Shown here piece by piece: positions 37,301-50,900 of a stretch of 64,000 nt of DNA. Both the position numbers and the translations under genes were made by a program. Below the pieces are notes generated by a model. The model saw nothing but the letters and a program-made list of their open reading frames with translations. It made no database searches and was not told the DNA's origin. The DNA lies in contig CM059431.1 of assembly GCA_030390025.1 (NCBI GenBank), forward strand, positions 139,378,001 through 139,442,000, read 5' to 3'. Each line of letters begins with the position of its first letter. Position 1 is the stretch's first letter. The DNA comes from Squalus acanthias (lineage: Eukaryota).

Positions 37301-40300
37301 AGCTAGAAATAGTGAAGTTCCCAATCTAGAAACAGTGGAGGTCCAAAGCTAGAAATAGTGAAGTTCCCAATCTAGAAACAGGGGCGGTCCAAAGCTAGAA
37401 ATAGTGAAGTTCCAAATCTTGACACAGCGAAGGTCAAAGCTAGAATCAGTGGAGGTCAGTAGCTAGAAATAGTGAAGTTCCCAATCTAGAAACAGTGGAG
37501 GTCAAAAGCTAGAAACAGTGGAGGACCAAAGCTAGACACATTGAAGGTCCAAAGCTAGAAACAATGGAGGTCCAAAGCTAGAAACAGTGAAGGTACAAAT
37601 CTAGAAACAGTGGGTGGTCGAAGGCTAGAAACAGTGGAGGTCAAAAGCTAGAAACAGTGAAGGTCCAAAGCGAGAAACAGTGAAGATACAAAGCTAGAAA
37701 CATTGACGTTCCAAAGCTAGAAACAGTGAAGGTCCAATGCTAGAAACAGAGAAGGTCCAAAGCTAGAAACAGTGTTGGTCCAAAACTAGAAAAAGTGGAG
37801 GTCCAAATCCAGAAACAAAGGAGGTCCAAAGCTAGAAATAGCGGTTGTCCAAAGCTAGAAACAGTGGAGGTCCAAAGCTAGATACAGTGGAGGTCCAAAA
37901 CTAGAAACAGTGAAGGACCAAAGCTAGAAACAGTGGAGGTCCAAAGCTAGAAACAGTGAAGGTCCAAAGCGAGAAACAGTGAAGATCCAAAGCTAGAAAC
38001 ATTGACGTTCCAAAGCTAGAAACAGTGAAGGTCCAAAGCTAGAAACAGTGGAGATCCAAAGCTAGAAACAGCGATGGTGCAAAGCTAGAAACGGGTGAGA
38101 TCCAAAGCTCGAAACAGTGAAGGTCCAAAGCTAGAAACAGTGAAGGTCCAAAGCTAGAAATAGCAGAGGTCCAAAGCTAGAAACAGTGAAGGTCCAAAGT
38201 TGAAAACAGTGGAGGTCCAAAGCTAGAAACAGTGAAGGTGCAAAAGGAGAAACAGTCAAGGTCCAAAGCTAGAAACAGTGGAGGTCCAAAGCTAGAAACA
38301 GTGAAGGTCCAAAGCTAGAAACAGTGGAGGTCCAAATCTAGAAACAGTGAAGGTCCAAAGCTAGAAACAGTGAAGATCCAAAGCTAGAATCAGTGAAGGT
38401 CCAAAGCTGGAAACAGTGAAGGTCCAAAGAACGAAACAGTGGAGATCCAAAGCTAGAAACTGTGAAGGTCCAAATCTAGAAACAGTGAAGGTCCAAAGCG
38501 AGAAAGAGTGGAGATCCAAAGATAGAAACAGTGAAGATCCAAAGCTAGAAACAGTGAAGGTCCAAAGCTAGAAACAGTGAAGGTCCAAACCTAGAAACAG
38601 TGGAGGTCCAAAGCTAGAAATAGTGAAGTTCCCAATCTAGAAAGAGAGGAGTTCTAAAGCTAGTAACAGTGAAGGTCCAAAGCTAGAAACAGTGGAGGTC
38701 CAAAGCTGGAAACAGTGTAGGTCCATAGCTAGAAACAGTAGAGGTCCGAAGCTAGAAATAGTGAAGTTCCCAATCTATTAACAGTGGATGTCCAAAGCGA
38801 GAAATATTGAAGTTCCCAATCTAGGAACAGTGGAGGTCCAAAGATAGAAATAGTGAAGTTCCCAATCTGGAAACAGTGGAGGTCCAAAGCTAGAAATAGT
38901 GAAGTTCCAAATCTAGACACAGTGAAGGTCAAAGCAAGAAACAGTGGAGGTCCAAAGCTAGTAACAGTGAAGGTCCAAAGCTGGAAACAGTGGAGGTCCA
39001 AAGCTAGAAAGAGTGAAGGACGAAAGTTAGAAAAAGTGAAGGTCCAAAGCTAGAAACAGTGAATGTCCAAAGCTAGAAAGAGTGAATGTTCAAAGCCAGA
39101 AACGGTGGAGGTCCAAAGCTAGAAACAGTGGAGGTCCAAAGCTAGAAAGAGTGGAGGTCCAAAGTTAGAAACAGTGGAGGTCCCAAGCTGGAAAGAGTGA
39201 ATGTCCAAAGTTAGAAACTTTGAAGGTCCAAAGCTAGAAATAGTTTTGGTCCAAAACTAGAAAAAGTGGAGGTCCAATCCAGAAACAGTGAAGGTCGAAA
39301 GCAAAAAATAGCGGATGTCCAAAGCTAGAAACAGTGGAGGTCCAAAGCTAGAAACAGTGGAGATCCAAAACTAGAAACAGTGAAGGTCCAAAGCTAGAAA
39401 CAGTGGAGGTCCAAAGCTAGAAACAGTGAAGGTCCAAAGTTAGCAACAGTGAAGTTCCAAAGCTAGAAACATTGAAGGTCCAAAGCTAGAAACAGTGGAG
39501 GTCCAAAGCTAGAAACAGTGGATGTCCAAAACTAGAAACAGTGAAGGTCCAAAGCTAGAAACAGTGTTGGTACAAATCTAGAAACAGCAGAGGTCCAAAG
39601 CTGGAAACAGTGGAGATCCAAAGCTAGAAACAGTGAAGGTCCAAAGCTAGAAACAGTGGAGGTCCAAAGCTAGAAACAGTGGATGTCCAAAGCTAGAAAC
39701 AGTGAAGGTCCAAAGTTAGCAACAGTGAAGTTCCAAAGCTAGAAACATTGAAGGTCCAAAGCTAGAAACAGTGGAGGTCCAAAGCTAGAAACAGTGGATG
39801 TCCAAAACTAGAAACAGTGAAGGTCCAAAGCTAGAAACAGTGTTGGTACAAATCTAGAAACAGCAGAGGTCCAAAGCTGGAAACAGTGGAGATCCAAAGC
39901 TAGAAACAGTGAAGGTCCAAAGCTAGAAACAGTGGAGGTCCAAAGCTAGAAACAGTGGATGTCCAAAGCTAGAAACAGTGAAGGTCCAAAGCTAGAAATC
40001 GCGGAGGTCCAATACTAAAACAGGGACGTTCCAAAGCTAGAAACAGTGAAGGTCCAAAGCTAGAAATAGTGGAGGTCCAAAGCCAGAAACAGTGAAGGTC
40101 CAAAGTTGGAAACTTTGGTGGTCCAAAACTAGAAAGAGTGAAGTTCCAAAGCTTGAAGCAGTGGACGTCCAAAGCTAGAAACAATGAAGGTCCAAAGCTA
40201 GAAACAGTGGAGGTCCAAAGCTAGAAACACAGAAGGATAAAAGCTAAAAACAGTGACGATCGAACGCTAGAAACAGTGAAGTTCCAAAGCTAGAAACATT

Positions 40301-40800
40301 GAAGGTCCAAAGTTAGAAACAGTGGAGATCCAAAGTTAGAAAAAGTGAAGATCCAAAGCTAGAAACAGTTGAGATCCAATGCTAGAAACAGTGGAGTTCC
40401 AAAGCTAGAAACAGTGGAGGTCCAAAGCTAGAAACAGTGTTGGTCCAAAACTAGAAAAAGTGGAGGTCCAATCCAATAACAAAGGAGGTCCAAAGCTAGA
40501 AATAGCGGTTGTCCAAAGCTAGAAACAGTGGACGTGCAAAGCTACAAACAGTGGTGGTCCAAAACTAGAAACAGTGAAGGTCCAAAGCTAGAAGCAGTGG
40601 AGGTCCAAAGCTAGAAACAGTGGTGGTCCAAAGCGAGAAACAGTGAAGTTCCAAAGCTAGAAACATTGACGTTCCAAAGCTAGAAACAATGAAGGTCCAA
40701 AGCTAGAAACAGTGGAGATCCAATGCTAGAAACAGCGACGGTGCAAAGCTAGAAACGGGTGAGATCCAAAGCTCGAAACATTGGAGGTCCAAAGCTAGAA
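34300..40800 (+). repeat. Satellite domain III: more heterogeneous monomers with short local duplications and diverged paralogy to domain I
   Basis: No fixed long period is evident. A 276-bp (12-monomer) duplication is marked by TTAGCAACAG at ~39,440 and ~39,716. Bases 36,860-37,450 share private variants with 3,095-3,640. Confidence 0.65.
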
Positions 40801-43800
40801 ACAATGGAGGTTCGAAGCTAGAAACAGTGGTGGTCCACAGCTAGAAAGAGTGGAGATCCAAAGCTAGATATAGAGAAGTTCCAAATCTAGAAACAGTGAA
40901 GGTCCTAAGCTAGAAACAATGGAGGTGCAAAGCTAGAGACAGTGGTGGTCCAAAGCTAGAAACAGTGAAGGTCCAAATCCAGAAACAGTGAAGGTCCAAA
41001 GCTAGAGACAGTGAAGTTCCAAAGTAAGAAACAAATGAGATCCAAAACTAGAAACTCTGAAGTTCCAATGCTAGAAACAGTGAAGGTCCGAAGCTAGACA
41101 CAGTGGCGGTCGAAAGCTAGAAACAGTGGTGGTCCAAAACCAGTAAGAGTAAATGTCCAAAGCTAGAAGCAGTGAAGGTGCAAAGCTAGAAACAGTGAAG
41201 GTCGAAAGCTGGAAACAGTGGAGGTCCAAAGCTAGAGACAGTGAAGCTCCAAAGATAGAAAGAGTGGAGCTCCAAAGCCAGAAAGAGTGGAGCTCCAAAG
41301 CTAGAAACAGTGGATGTCGAAATCTAGAAAGCGTGGAGATCCTAATCTAGAAACAGTGAAGGTCCAAAGCTAGAAACAGTGGAGCTCCAAAGCTAGAGAG
41401 AGTGAAGTGCCAAAGCTAGAAACAGTGAAGGTACAAAGCTAGAAACAGTGGAGGTCCAAATCTAGAAAGATTGGCGGTCCAAAGCTAGAAATAGTAAAGT
41501 TCCATATCTAGAAAGAGTGAAGTTCCAAAGCTAGAAACAGCGGTGGTCCAAATCTAGAAACAGTGGAGGTCCAAATCTAGAAACAGTGGAGGTTCAAAGC
41601 TAGAAAAAGTGGAGGTCCAAAGCTAGAAACAGTGAAGGTCCAAAGTTAGAAACAATTGAGATCCAAAACTAGAAAATGTGAAGGTCCAAAGCTAGAAACA
41701 GTGAAGGTCCAAAGCTAGGCACAGTGGTGGTCCAAAGCTAGAAACAGTGGAGGTCCAAAACCAGAAAGAGTAAAGGTCCAAAGCTAGAAGCAGTGAAGGT
41801 CCAAAGCTAGAAACAATGGAGGTCAAAAGCTATAAGGAGTGAAGGTCCAAAGCGAGTAACAGTGGAGGTCCAAAGCTAGAAACAATGGAGGTTCGAAGCT
41901 AGAAACAGTGGTGGTCCACAGCTAGAAAGAGTGGAGATCCAAAGCTAGATATAGAGAAGATCCAAATCTAGAAACAGTGAAGGTCCTAAGCTAGAAACAA
42001 TGGAGGTGCAAAGCTGGAGACAGTGGTGGTCCAAAGCTAGAAACAGTGAAGGTCCAAATCCAGAAACAGTGAAGGTCCAAAGCTAGAGACAGTGAAGTTC
42101 CAAAGTAAGAAACAAATGAGATCCAAAACTAGAAACTCTGAAGTTCCAATGCTAGAAACAGTGAAGGTCCGAAGCTGGACACAGTGGCGGTCGAAAGCTA
42201 GAAACAGTGGTGGTCCAAAACCAGAAAGAGTAAATGTCCAAAGCTAGAAGCAGTGAAGGTGCAAAGCTAGAAACAGTGAAGGTCGAAAGCTGGAAACAGT
42301 GGAGGTCCAAAGCTAGAGACAGTGAAGCTCCAAAGATAGAAAGAGTGGAGCTCCAAAGCCAGAAAGAGTGGAGCTCCAAAGCTAGAAACAGTGGATGTCG
42401 AAATCTAGAAAGCGTGGAGATCCTAATCTAGAAACAGTGAAGGTCCAAAGCTAGAAACAGTGGAGCTCCAAAGCTAGAGAGAGTGAAGTGCCAAAGCTAG
42501 AAACAGTGAAGGTACAAAGCTAGAAACAGTGGAGATCCAAATCTAGAAAGATTGGAGGTCCAAAGCTAGAAATAGTAAAGTTCCATATCTAGAAAGAGTG
42601 AAGTTCCAAAGCTAGAAACAGCGGTGGTCCAAATCTAGAAACAGTGGAGGTCCAAATCTAGAAACAGTGGAGGTTCAAAGCTAGAAAAAGTGGAGGTCCA
42701 AAGCTAGAAACAGTGAAGGTCCAAAGTTAGAAAGAGTGAAGATCCAAAGCTAGAAACAGTGCAGGTCCAAAGCTAGAAACAGTGGAGGTCCAAAGCTAGA
42801 AACAGTGGATGTCCAAAGCTCGAAACAGTGAATGTTCAAAGCTAGAAACAGTGGAGGTCCAAAGCTAGAAACAGTGGAGGACCAAAGCTAGAAACAGTGT
42901 TGGTCCAAAGCTAGAAACAGTGGAGATCCAAAGCTAGAAACAGTGAAGCTCCAAAGCTAGAAATAGTGAAGTTCGAAAGCTAGAAACAGTGGAGGTCCAA
43001 CGTTAGAGGGAGTGAAAGTCCAAAGCTAGAAAGGGTGGAGCTCCAAAGCTAGAAAGAGTGGAGCTCCAAAGCTAGAAACAGTGGAGGTCCAAAGCTGGAA
43101 AGCGTGGAGATCCTATGCTAGAAACAGTGAAGGTGCAAAGCTAGAAACAGTGGTGGTCCAAAGCTAGAAAGATTGGAGTACCAAAGCTAGAAATAGTGAA
43201 GTTCCTATGCTAGAAACAGTATAGGTCCAGATCTAGAAGCAGTGGAGATCCAAAGCTAGAAACAGTGGAGATCCAAAGCTTGAAACAGTGGAGGTCCAAA
43301 GCTACAAACAGTAGAGGACAAAGCTAGAAACAGCGGAGGCCAAAGCTAGATACAGTGAAGGTCCAAAGCTAGAGACAGTGAAGGTCCAAAGCTAGAGACA
43401 GTGGAGGTCCAAAGCTAGAAACAGTGAAGGTCCAAATCCAGAAACAGTGAAGGTCCAAAGCTAGAAACAGTGAAGGTCCACAGTAAGAAACAAATGAGAT
43501 CCAAAAATAGAAACTGTGACTGTTCCAAAGCTAGAAGCAGTGAAGATCCAAAGCTAGACACAGCGGCGGTCCAAAGCTAGAAACCGTGAAGGTCCAAAGC
43601 TAGAAACAGTGAATGTCCAAAGCTCGAAACAGTGAATGTTCAAAGCTAGACACAGTGGCGGTCCAAAGCTAGAAACAGTGAAGGTCCAAAGCTAGACACA
43701 GTGGTGGTCGAAAGATAGAAACAGTGGAGGTCCAAAGTTAGAGGCAGTGAAAGTCCAAAGCTAGAAAGGGTGGAGCTCCAAAGCTAGAAAGAGTGGAGCT

Positions 43801-46800
43801 CCAAAGCTAGAAACAGTGGAGGTCAAAGCTGGAAAGCGTGGAGATCCTAAGCTAGAAACAGTGAATGTCCAAAGCTAGAAACAGTGGAGGTCCAAAGCTA
43901 GAGAGAGTGAAGGGCCAAAGCTAGAAAGAGTGGAGATCCAAAGCTAGAAATAGTGAAGTTCCTATGCTAGAAACAGTGGAGTTTCAGATCTAGAAACTGG
44001 AGATCCAAAGCTAGAAACAGTGGAGATCCAAAGCTTGAAACAGTGGAGGTCCAAAGCTACAAACAGTAGAGGTCCAAAGCTAGAAACAACAGAGGCCAAA
44101 GCTAGATACAGTGAAGTTCCAAAGCTAGAGACAGTGAAGGTCCAAAGCTAGAAGCAGTGAAGGTGCAAAGCTAGAAATATTGAAGGTCCAAAGCTAGAAA
44201 GAGTGGAGATCCAAAACTAGAAATAGTGAAGGTCCAAAGTAAGAAACAATTGAGATCCAAAACTAGAAAATGTGAAGGTCCAAAGCTAGAAACAGTGAAG
44301 GTCCAAAGCTAGGCACAGTGGTGGTCCAAAGCTAGAAACAGTGGAGGTCCAAAACCAGAAAGAGTAAAGGTCCAAAGCTAGAAGCAGTGAAGGTCCAAAG
44401 CTAGAAACAATGGAGGTCAAAAGCTATAAGGAGTGAAGGTCCAAAGCGAGTAACAGTGGAGGTCCAAAGCTAGAAACAATGGAGGTTCGAAGCTAGAAAC
44501 AGTGGTGGTCCACAGCTAGAAAGAGTGGAGATCCAAAGCTAGATATAGAGAAGTTCCAAATCTAGAAACAGTGAAGGTCCTAAGCTAGAAACAATGGAGG
44601 TGCAAAGCTAGAGACAGTGGTGGTCCAAAGCTAGAAACAGTGAAGGTCCAAATCCAGAAACAGTGAAGGTCCAAAGCTAGAGACAGTGAAGTTCCAAAGT
44701 AAGAAACAAATGAGATCCAAAACTAGAAACTCTGAAGTTCCAATGCTAGAAACAGTGAAGGTCCGAAGCTAGACACAGTGGCGGTCGAAAGCTAGAAACA
44801 GTGGTGGTCCAAAACCAGAAAGAGTAAATGTCCAAAGCTAGAAGCAGTGAAGGTGCAAAGCTAGAAACAGTGAAGGTCGAAAGCTGGAAACAGTGGAGGT
44901 CCAAAGCTAGAGACAGTGAAGCTCCAAAGATAGAAAGAGTGGAGCTCCAAAGCCAGAAAGAGTGGAGCTCCAAAGCTAGAAACAGTGGATGTCGAAATCT
45001 AGAAAGCGTGGAGATCCTAATCTAGAAACAGTGAAGGTCCAAAGCTAGAAACAGTGGAGCTCCAAAGCTAGAGAGAGTGAAGTGCCAAAGCTAGAAACAG
45101 TGAAGGTACAAAGCTAGAAACAGTGGAGATCCAAATCTAGAAAGATTGGAGGTCCAAAGCTAGAAATAGTAAAGTTCCATATCTAGAAAGAGTGAAGTTC
45201 CAAAGCTAGAAACAGCGGTGGTCCAAATCTAGAAACAGTGGAGGTCCAAATCTAGAAACAGTGGAGGTTCAAAGCTAGAAAAAGTGGAGGTCCAAAGCTA
45301 GAAACAGTGAAGGTCCAAAGTTAGAAAGAGTGAAGATCCAAAGCTAGAAACAGTGCAGGTCCAAAGCTAGAAACAGTGGAGGTCCAAAGCTAGAAACAGT
45401 GGATGTCCAAAGCTCGAAACAGTGAATGTTCAAAGCTAGAAACAGTGGAGGTCCAAAGCTAGAAACAGTGGAGGACCAAAGCTAGAAACAGTGTTGGTCC
45501 AAAGCTAGAAACAGTGGAGATCCAAAGCTAGAAACAGTGAAGCTCCAAAGCTAGAAATAGTGAAGTTCGAAAGCTAGAAACAGTGGAGGTCCAACGTTAG
45601 AGGCAGTGAAAGTCCAAAGCTAGAAAGGGTGGAGCTCCAAAGCTAGAAAGAGTGGAGCTCCAAAGCTAGAAACAGTGGAGGTCCAAAGCTGGAAAGCGTG
45701 GAGATCCTATGCTAGAAACAGTGAAGGTGCAAAGCTAGAAACAGTGGTGGTCCAAAGCTAGAAAGATTGGAGTACCAAAGCTAGAAATAGTGAAGTTCCT
45801 ATGCTAGAAACAGTATAGGTCCAGATCTAGAAGCAGTGGAGATCCAAAGCTAGAAACAGTGGAGATCCAAAGCTTGAAACAGTGGAGGTCCAAAGCTACA
45901 AACAGTAGAGGACAAAGCTAGAAACAGCGGAGGCCAAAGCTAGATACAGTGAATGTCCAAAGCTAGAGACAGTGAAGGTCCAAAGCTAGAGACAGTGGAG
46001 GTCCAAAGCTAGAAACAGTGAAGGTCCAAATCCAGAAACAGTGAAGGTCCAAAGCTAGAAACAGTGAAGGTCCACAGTAAGAAACAAATGAGATCCAAAA
46101 ATAGAAACTGTGACTGTTCCAAAGCTAGAAGCAGTGAAGATCCAAAGCTAGACACAGCGGCGGTCCAAAGCTAGAAACCGTGAAGGTCCAAAGCTAGAAA
46201 CAGTGAATGTCCAAAGCTCGAAACAGTGAATGTTCAAAGCTAGACACAGTGGCGGTCCAAAGCTAGAAACGGTGAAGGTCCAAAGCTAGACACAGTGGTG
46301 GTCCAAAGCTAGAAACAGTGGATGTCCAAAACCAGAAAGAGTAAAGGTCCAAAGCTAGAAGCAGTGAAGGTCCAAAGCTAGAACAGTGGAGGTCCAAAGC
46401 TATAAAGAGTGAAGGTCCGAAGCGAGTAACAGTGGCGGTCCAAATCTAGAAACAGTGAAGTCCAAAGCTAGAAACAGTGAAGGCACAAAGTTAGAAACAG
46501 TGGAGGTCCAAATCTAGAAAGATTGGAGGTCCAAAGCTAGAAACAGTGAAGGTGCAAAGTTAGAAAGAGTGAAGGTCCAAAGCTAGAAACGGTGCAGGCC
46601 CAAAGCTAGAAACAGTGGAGGTCCAAAGCTAGAAACAGTGGATGTCCAAAGATCGAAACAGTGAATGTTCAAAGCTAGAAATGGTGGATGTCCAATTCTA
46701 GAAACAGTGAAAGTCCACAGCTATAAACAGTGGAGGTCCAAATCTAGAAACAGTGGAGGTCCAAAGCTAGAATCAGTGAAAGTCCAAAGTTAGAAACAGT

Positions 46801-49800
46801 GGATATCCAAAGCTAGAAACAGTGGAGGTACAAAGCTCGAAACAGTGTTGGTCCAAAGCTAGAAACAGTGGAGGTCCAAAGCTAGAAACAGTGAAGCTCC
46901 AAAGCCAGAAAAAGTGAAGGTCGAAAGATAGAAACAGTGGAGGTCCAAAGTTAGAGGCAGTGAAAGTCCAAAGCTAGAAAGGGTGGAGCTCCAAAGCTAG
47001 AAAGAGTGGAGCTCCAAAGCTAGAAACAGTGGAGGTCAAAGCTGGAAAGCGTGGAGATCCTAAGCTAGAAACAGTGAATGTCCAAAGCTAGAAACAGTGG
47101 AGGTCCAAAGCTAGAGAGAGTGAAGGGCCAAAGCTAGAAACAGTGAAGGTGCAAATCTAGAAACAGTGGTGGTCCAAATCTAGAAAGAGTGGAGATCCAA
47201 AGCTAGAAATAGTGAAGTTCCTATGCTAGAAATAGTGGAGTTTCAGATCTAGAAACTGGAGATCCAAAGCTAGAAACAGTGGGGATCCAAAGCTTGAAAC
47301 AGTGGAGGTCCAAAGCTACAAACAGTAGAGGTCCAAAGCTAGAAACAACAGAGGCCAAAGCTAGATACAGTGAAGTTCCAAAGCTAGAGACAGTGAAGGT
47401 CCAAAGCTAGAAGCAGTGAAGGTGCAAAGCTAGAAATATTGAAGGTCCAAAGCTAGAAAGAGTGGAGATCCAAAGCTAGAAATAGTGAAGGTCCAAAGTA
47501 AGAAACAATTGAGATCCAAAACTAGAAAATGTGAAGGTCCAAAGCTAGAAACAGTGAAGGTCCAAAGCTAGGCACAGTGGTGGTCCAAAGCTAGAAACAG
47601 TGGAGGTCCAAAACCAGAAAGAGTAAAGGTCCAAAGCTAGAAGCAGTGAAGGTCCAAAGCTAGAAACAATGGAGGTCAAAAGCTATAAGGAGTGAAGGTC
47701 CAAAGCGAGTAACAGTGGAGGTCCAAAGCTAGAAACAATGGAGGTTCGAAGCTAGAAACAGTGGTGGTCCACAGCTAGAAAGAGTGGAGATCCAAAGCTA
47801 GATATAGAGAAGTTCCAAATCTAGAAACAGTGAAGGTCCTAAGCTAGAAACAATGGAGGTGCAAAGCTAGAGACAGTGGTGGTCCAAAGCTAGAAACAGT
47901 GAAGGTCCAAATCCAGAAACAGTGAAGGTCCAAAGCTAGAGACAGTGAAGTTCCAAAGTAAGAAACAAATGAGATCCGAAACTAGAAACTCTGAAGTTCC
48001 AATGCTAGAAACAGTGAAGGTCCGAAGCTAGACACAGTGGCGGTCGAAAGCTAGAAACAGTGGTGGTCCAAAACCAGAAAGAGTAAATGTCCAAAGCTAG
48101 AAGCAGTGAAGGTGCAAAGCTAGAAACAGTGAAGGTCGAAAGCTGGAAACAGTGGAGGTCCAAAGCTAGAGACAGTGAAGCTCCAAAGATAGAAAGAGTG
48201 GAGCTCCAAAGCCAGAAAGAGTGGAGCTCCAAAGCTAGAAACAGTGGATGTCGAAATCTAGAAAGCGTGGAGATCCTAATCTAGAAACAGTGAAGGTCCA
48301 AAGCTAGAAACAGTGGAGCTCCAAAGCTAGAGAGAGTGAAGTGCCAAAGCTAGAAACAGTGAATGTACAAAGCTAGAAACAGTGGAGGTCCAAATCTAGA
48401 AAGATTGGAGGTCCAAAGCTAGAAATAGTAAAGTTCCATATCTAGAAAGAGTGAAGTTCCAAAGCTAGAAACAGCGGTGGTCCAAATCTAGAAACAGTGG
48501 AGGTCCAAATCTAGAAACAGTGGAGGTTCAAAGCTAGAAAAAGTGGAGGTCCAAAGCTAGAAACAGCGAAGGTCCAAAGTTAGAAAGAGTGAAGATCCAA
48601 AGCTAGAAACAGTGCAGGTCCAAAGCTAGAAACAGTGGAGGTCCAAAGCTAGAAACAGTGGATGTCCAAAGCTCGAAACAGTGAATGTTCAAAGCTAGAA
48701 ACAGTGGAGGTCCAAAGCTAGAAACAGTGGAGGACCAAAGCTAGAAACAGTGTTGGTCCAAAGCTAGAAACAGTGGAGATCCAAAGCTAGAAACAGTGAA
48801 GCTCCAAAGCTAGAAATAGTGAAGTTCGAAAGCTAGAAACAGTGGAGGTCCAACGTTAGAGGCAGTGAAAGTCCAAAGCTAGAAAGGGTGGAGCTCCAAA
48901 GCTAGAAAGAGTGGAGCTCCAAAGCTAGAAACAGTGGTGGTCCAAAGCTAGAAAGATTGGAGTACCAAAGCTAGAAATAGTGAAGTTCCTATGCTAGAAA
49001 CAGTATAGGTCCAGATCTAGAAGCAGTGGAGATCCAAAGCTAGAAAGAGTGGAGCTCCAAAGCTAGAAACAGTGGAGGTCCAAAGCTACAAACAGTAGAG
49101 GACAAAGCTAGAAACAGCGGAGGCCAAAGCTAGATACAGTGAAGGTCCAAAGCTAGAGACAGTGAAGGTCCAAAGCTAGAGACAGTGGAGGTCCAAAGCT
49201 AGAAACAGTGAAGGTCCAAATCCAGAAACAGTGAAGGTCCAAAGCTAGAAACAGTGAAGGTCCACAGTAAGAAACAAATGAGATCCAAAAATAGAAACTG
49301 TGACTGTTCCAAAGCTAGAAGCAGTGAAGATCCAAAGCTAGACACAGCGGCGGTCCAAAGCTAGAAACCGTGAAGGTCCAAAGCTAGAAACAGTGAATGT
49401 CCAAAGCTCGAAACAGTGAATGTTCAAAGCTAGACACAGTGGCGGTCCAAAGCTAGAAACAGTGAAGGTCCAAAGCTAGACACAGTGGTGGTCCAAAGCT
49501 AGAAACAGTGGATGTCCAAAACCAGAAAGAGTAAAGGTCCAAAGCTAGAAGCAGTGAAGGTCCAAAGCTAGAAACAGTGGAGGTCCAAAGCTATAAAGAG
49601 TGAAGGTCCGAAGCGAGTAACAGTGGCGGTCCAAATCTAGAAACAGTGAAGTCCAAAGCTAGAAACAGTGAAGGCACAAAGTTAGAAACAGTGGAGGTCC
49701 AAATCTAGAAAGATTGGAGGTCCAAAGCTAGAAACAGTGAAGGTGCAAAGTTAGAAAGAGTGAAGGTCCAAAGCTAGAAACGGTGCAGGTCCAAAGCTAG

Positions 49801-50900
49801 AAACAGTGGAGGTCCAAAGCTAGAAACAGTGGATGTCCAAAGATCGAAACAGTGAATGTTCAAAGCTAGAAATGGTGGATGTCCAATTCTAGAAACAGTG
49901 AAAGTCCACAGCTAGAAACAGTGGAGGTCCAAATCTAGAAACAGTGGAGGTCCAAAGCTAGAATCAGTGAAAGTCCAAAGTTAGAAACAGTGGATATCCA
50001 AAGCTAGAAACAGTGGAGGTACAAAGCTCGAAACAGTGTTGGTCCAAAGCTAGAAACAGTGGAGGTCCAAAGCTAGAAACAGTGAAGCTCCAAAGCCAGA
50101 AAAAGTGAAGGTCGAAAGATAGAAACAGTGGAGGTCCAAAGTTAGAGGCAGTGAAAGTCCAAAGCTAGAAAGGGTGGAGCTCCAAAGCTAGAAAGAGTGG
50201 AGCTCCAAAGCTAGAAACAGTGGAGGTCAAAGCTGGAAAGCGTGGAGATCCTAAGCTAGAAACAGTGAATGTCCAAAGCTAGAAACAGTGGAGGTCCAAA
50301 GCTAGAGAGAGTGAAGGGCCAAAGCTAGAAACAGTGAAGGTGCAAATCTAGAAACAGTGGTGGTCCAAATCTAGAAAGAGTGGAGATCCAAAGCTAGAAA
50401 TAGTGAAGTTCCTATGCTAGAAACAGTGGAGTTTCAGATCTAGAAACTGGAGATCGAAAGCTAGAAACAGTGGAGATCCAAAGCTTGAAACAGTGGAGGT
50501 CCAAAGCTACAAACAGTAGAGGTCCAAAGCTAGAAACAACAGAGGCCAAAGCTAGATACAGTGAAGGTCCAAAGCTAGAGACAGTGAAGGTCCAAAGCTA
50601 GAAGCAGTGAAGGTGCAAAGCTAGAAATATTGAAGGTCCAAAGCTAGAAAGAGTGGAGATCCAAAGCTAGAAATAGTGAAGGTCCAAAGTAAGAAACAAT
50701 TGAGATCCAAAACTAGAAAATGTGAAGGTCCAAAGCTAGAAACAGTGAAGGTCCAAAGCTAGGCACAGTGGTGGTCCAAAGCTAGAAACAGTGGAGGTCC
50801 AAAACCAGAAAGAGTAAAGGTCCAAAGCTAGAAGCAGTGAAGGTCCAAAGCTAGAAACAGTGGAGGTCAAAAGCTATAAGGAGTGAAGGTCCAAAGCGAG
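40800..50900 (+). repeat. Satellite HOR domain IV: ~3.2-kb unit in two full copies, preceded by 1.08-kb and 2.6-kb shortened copies
   Basis: Spurious ORF MELHSFWLWSS... at 41,071, 42,152, 44,746 and 48,005 (offsets 1,081, 2,594, 3,259). Marker GTGACTGTTCC at ~43,516, ~46,110 and ~49,300. Confidence 0.88.

Noticed and set aside
43198..43225. FRT-like site GAAGTTCCTATGCTAGAAACAGTATAGG (also ~45,792 and ~48,982), resembling yeast FRT GAAGTTCCTATTCTCTAGAAAGTATAGGAACTTC
   Set aside because: The spacer is shifted by 2 bp and the right arm lacks AACTTC. The sequence derives from the satellite consensus by a few substitutions and no recombinase is present, so this is coincidence.
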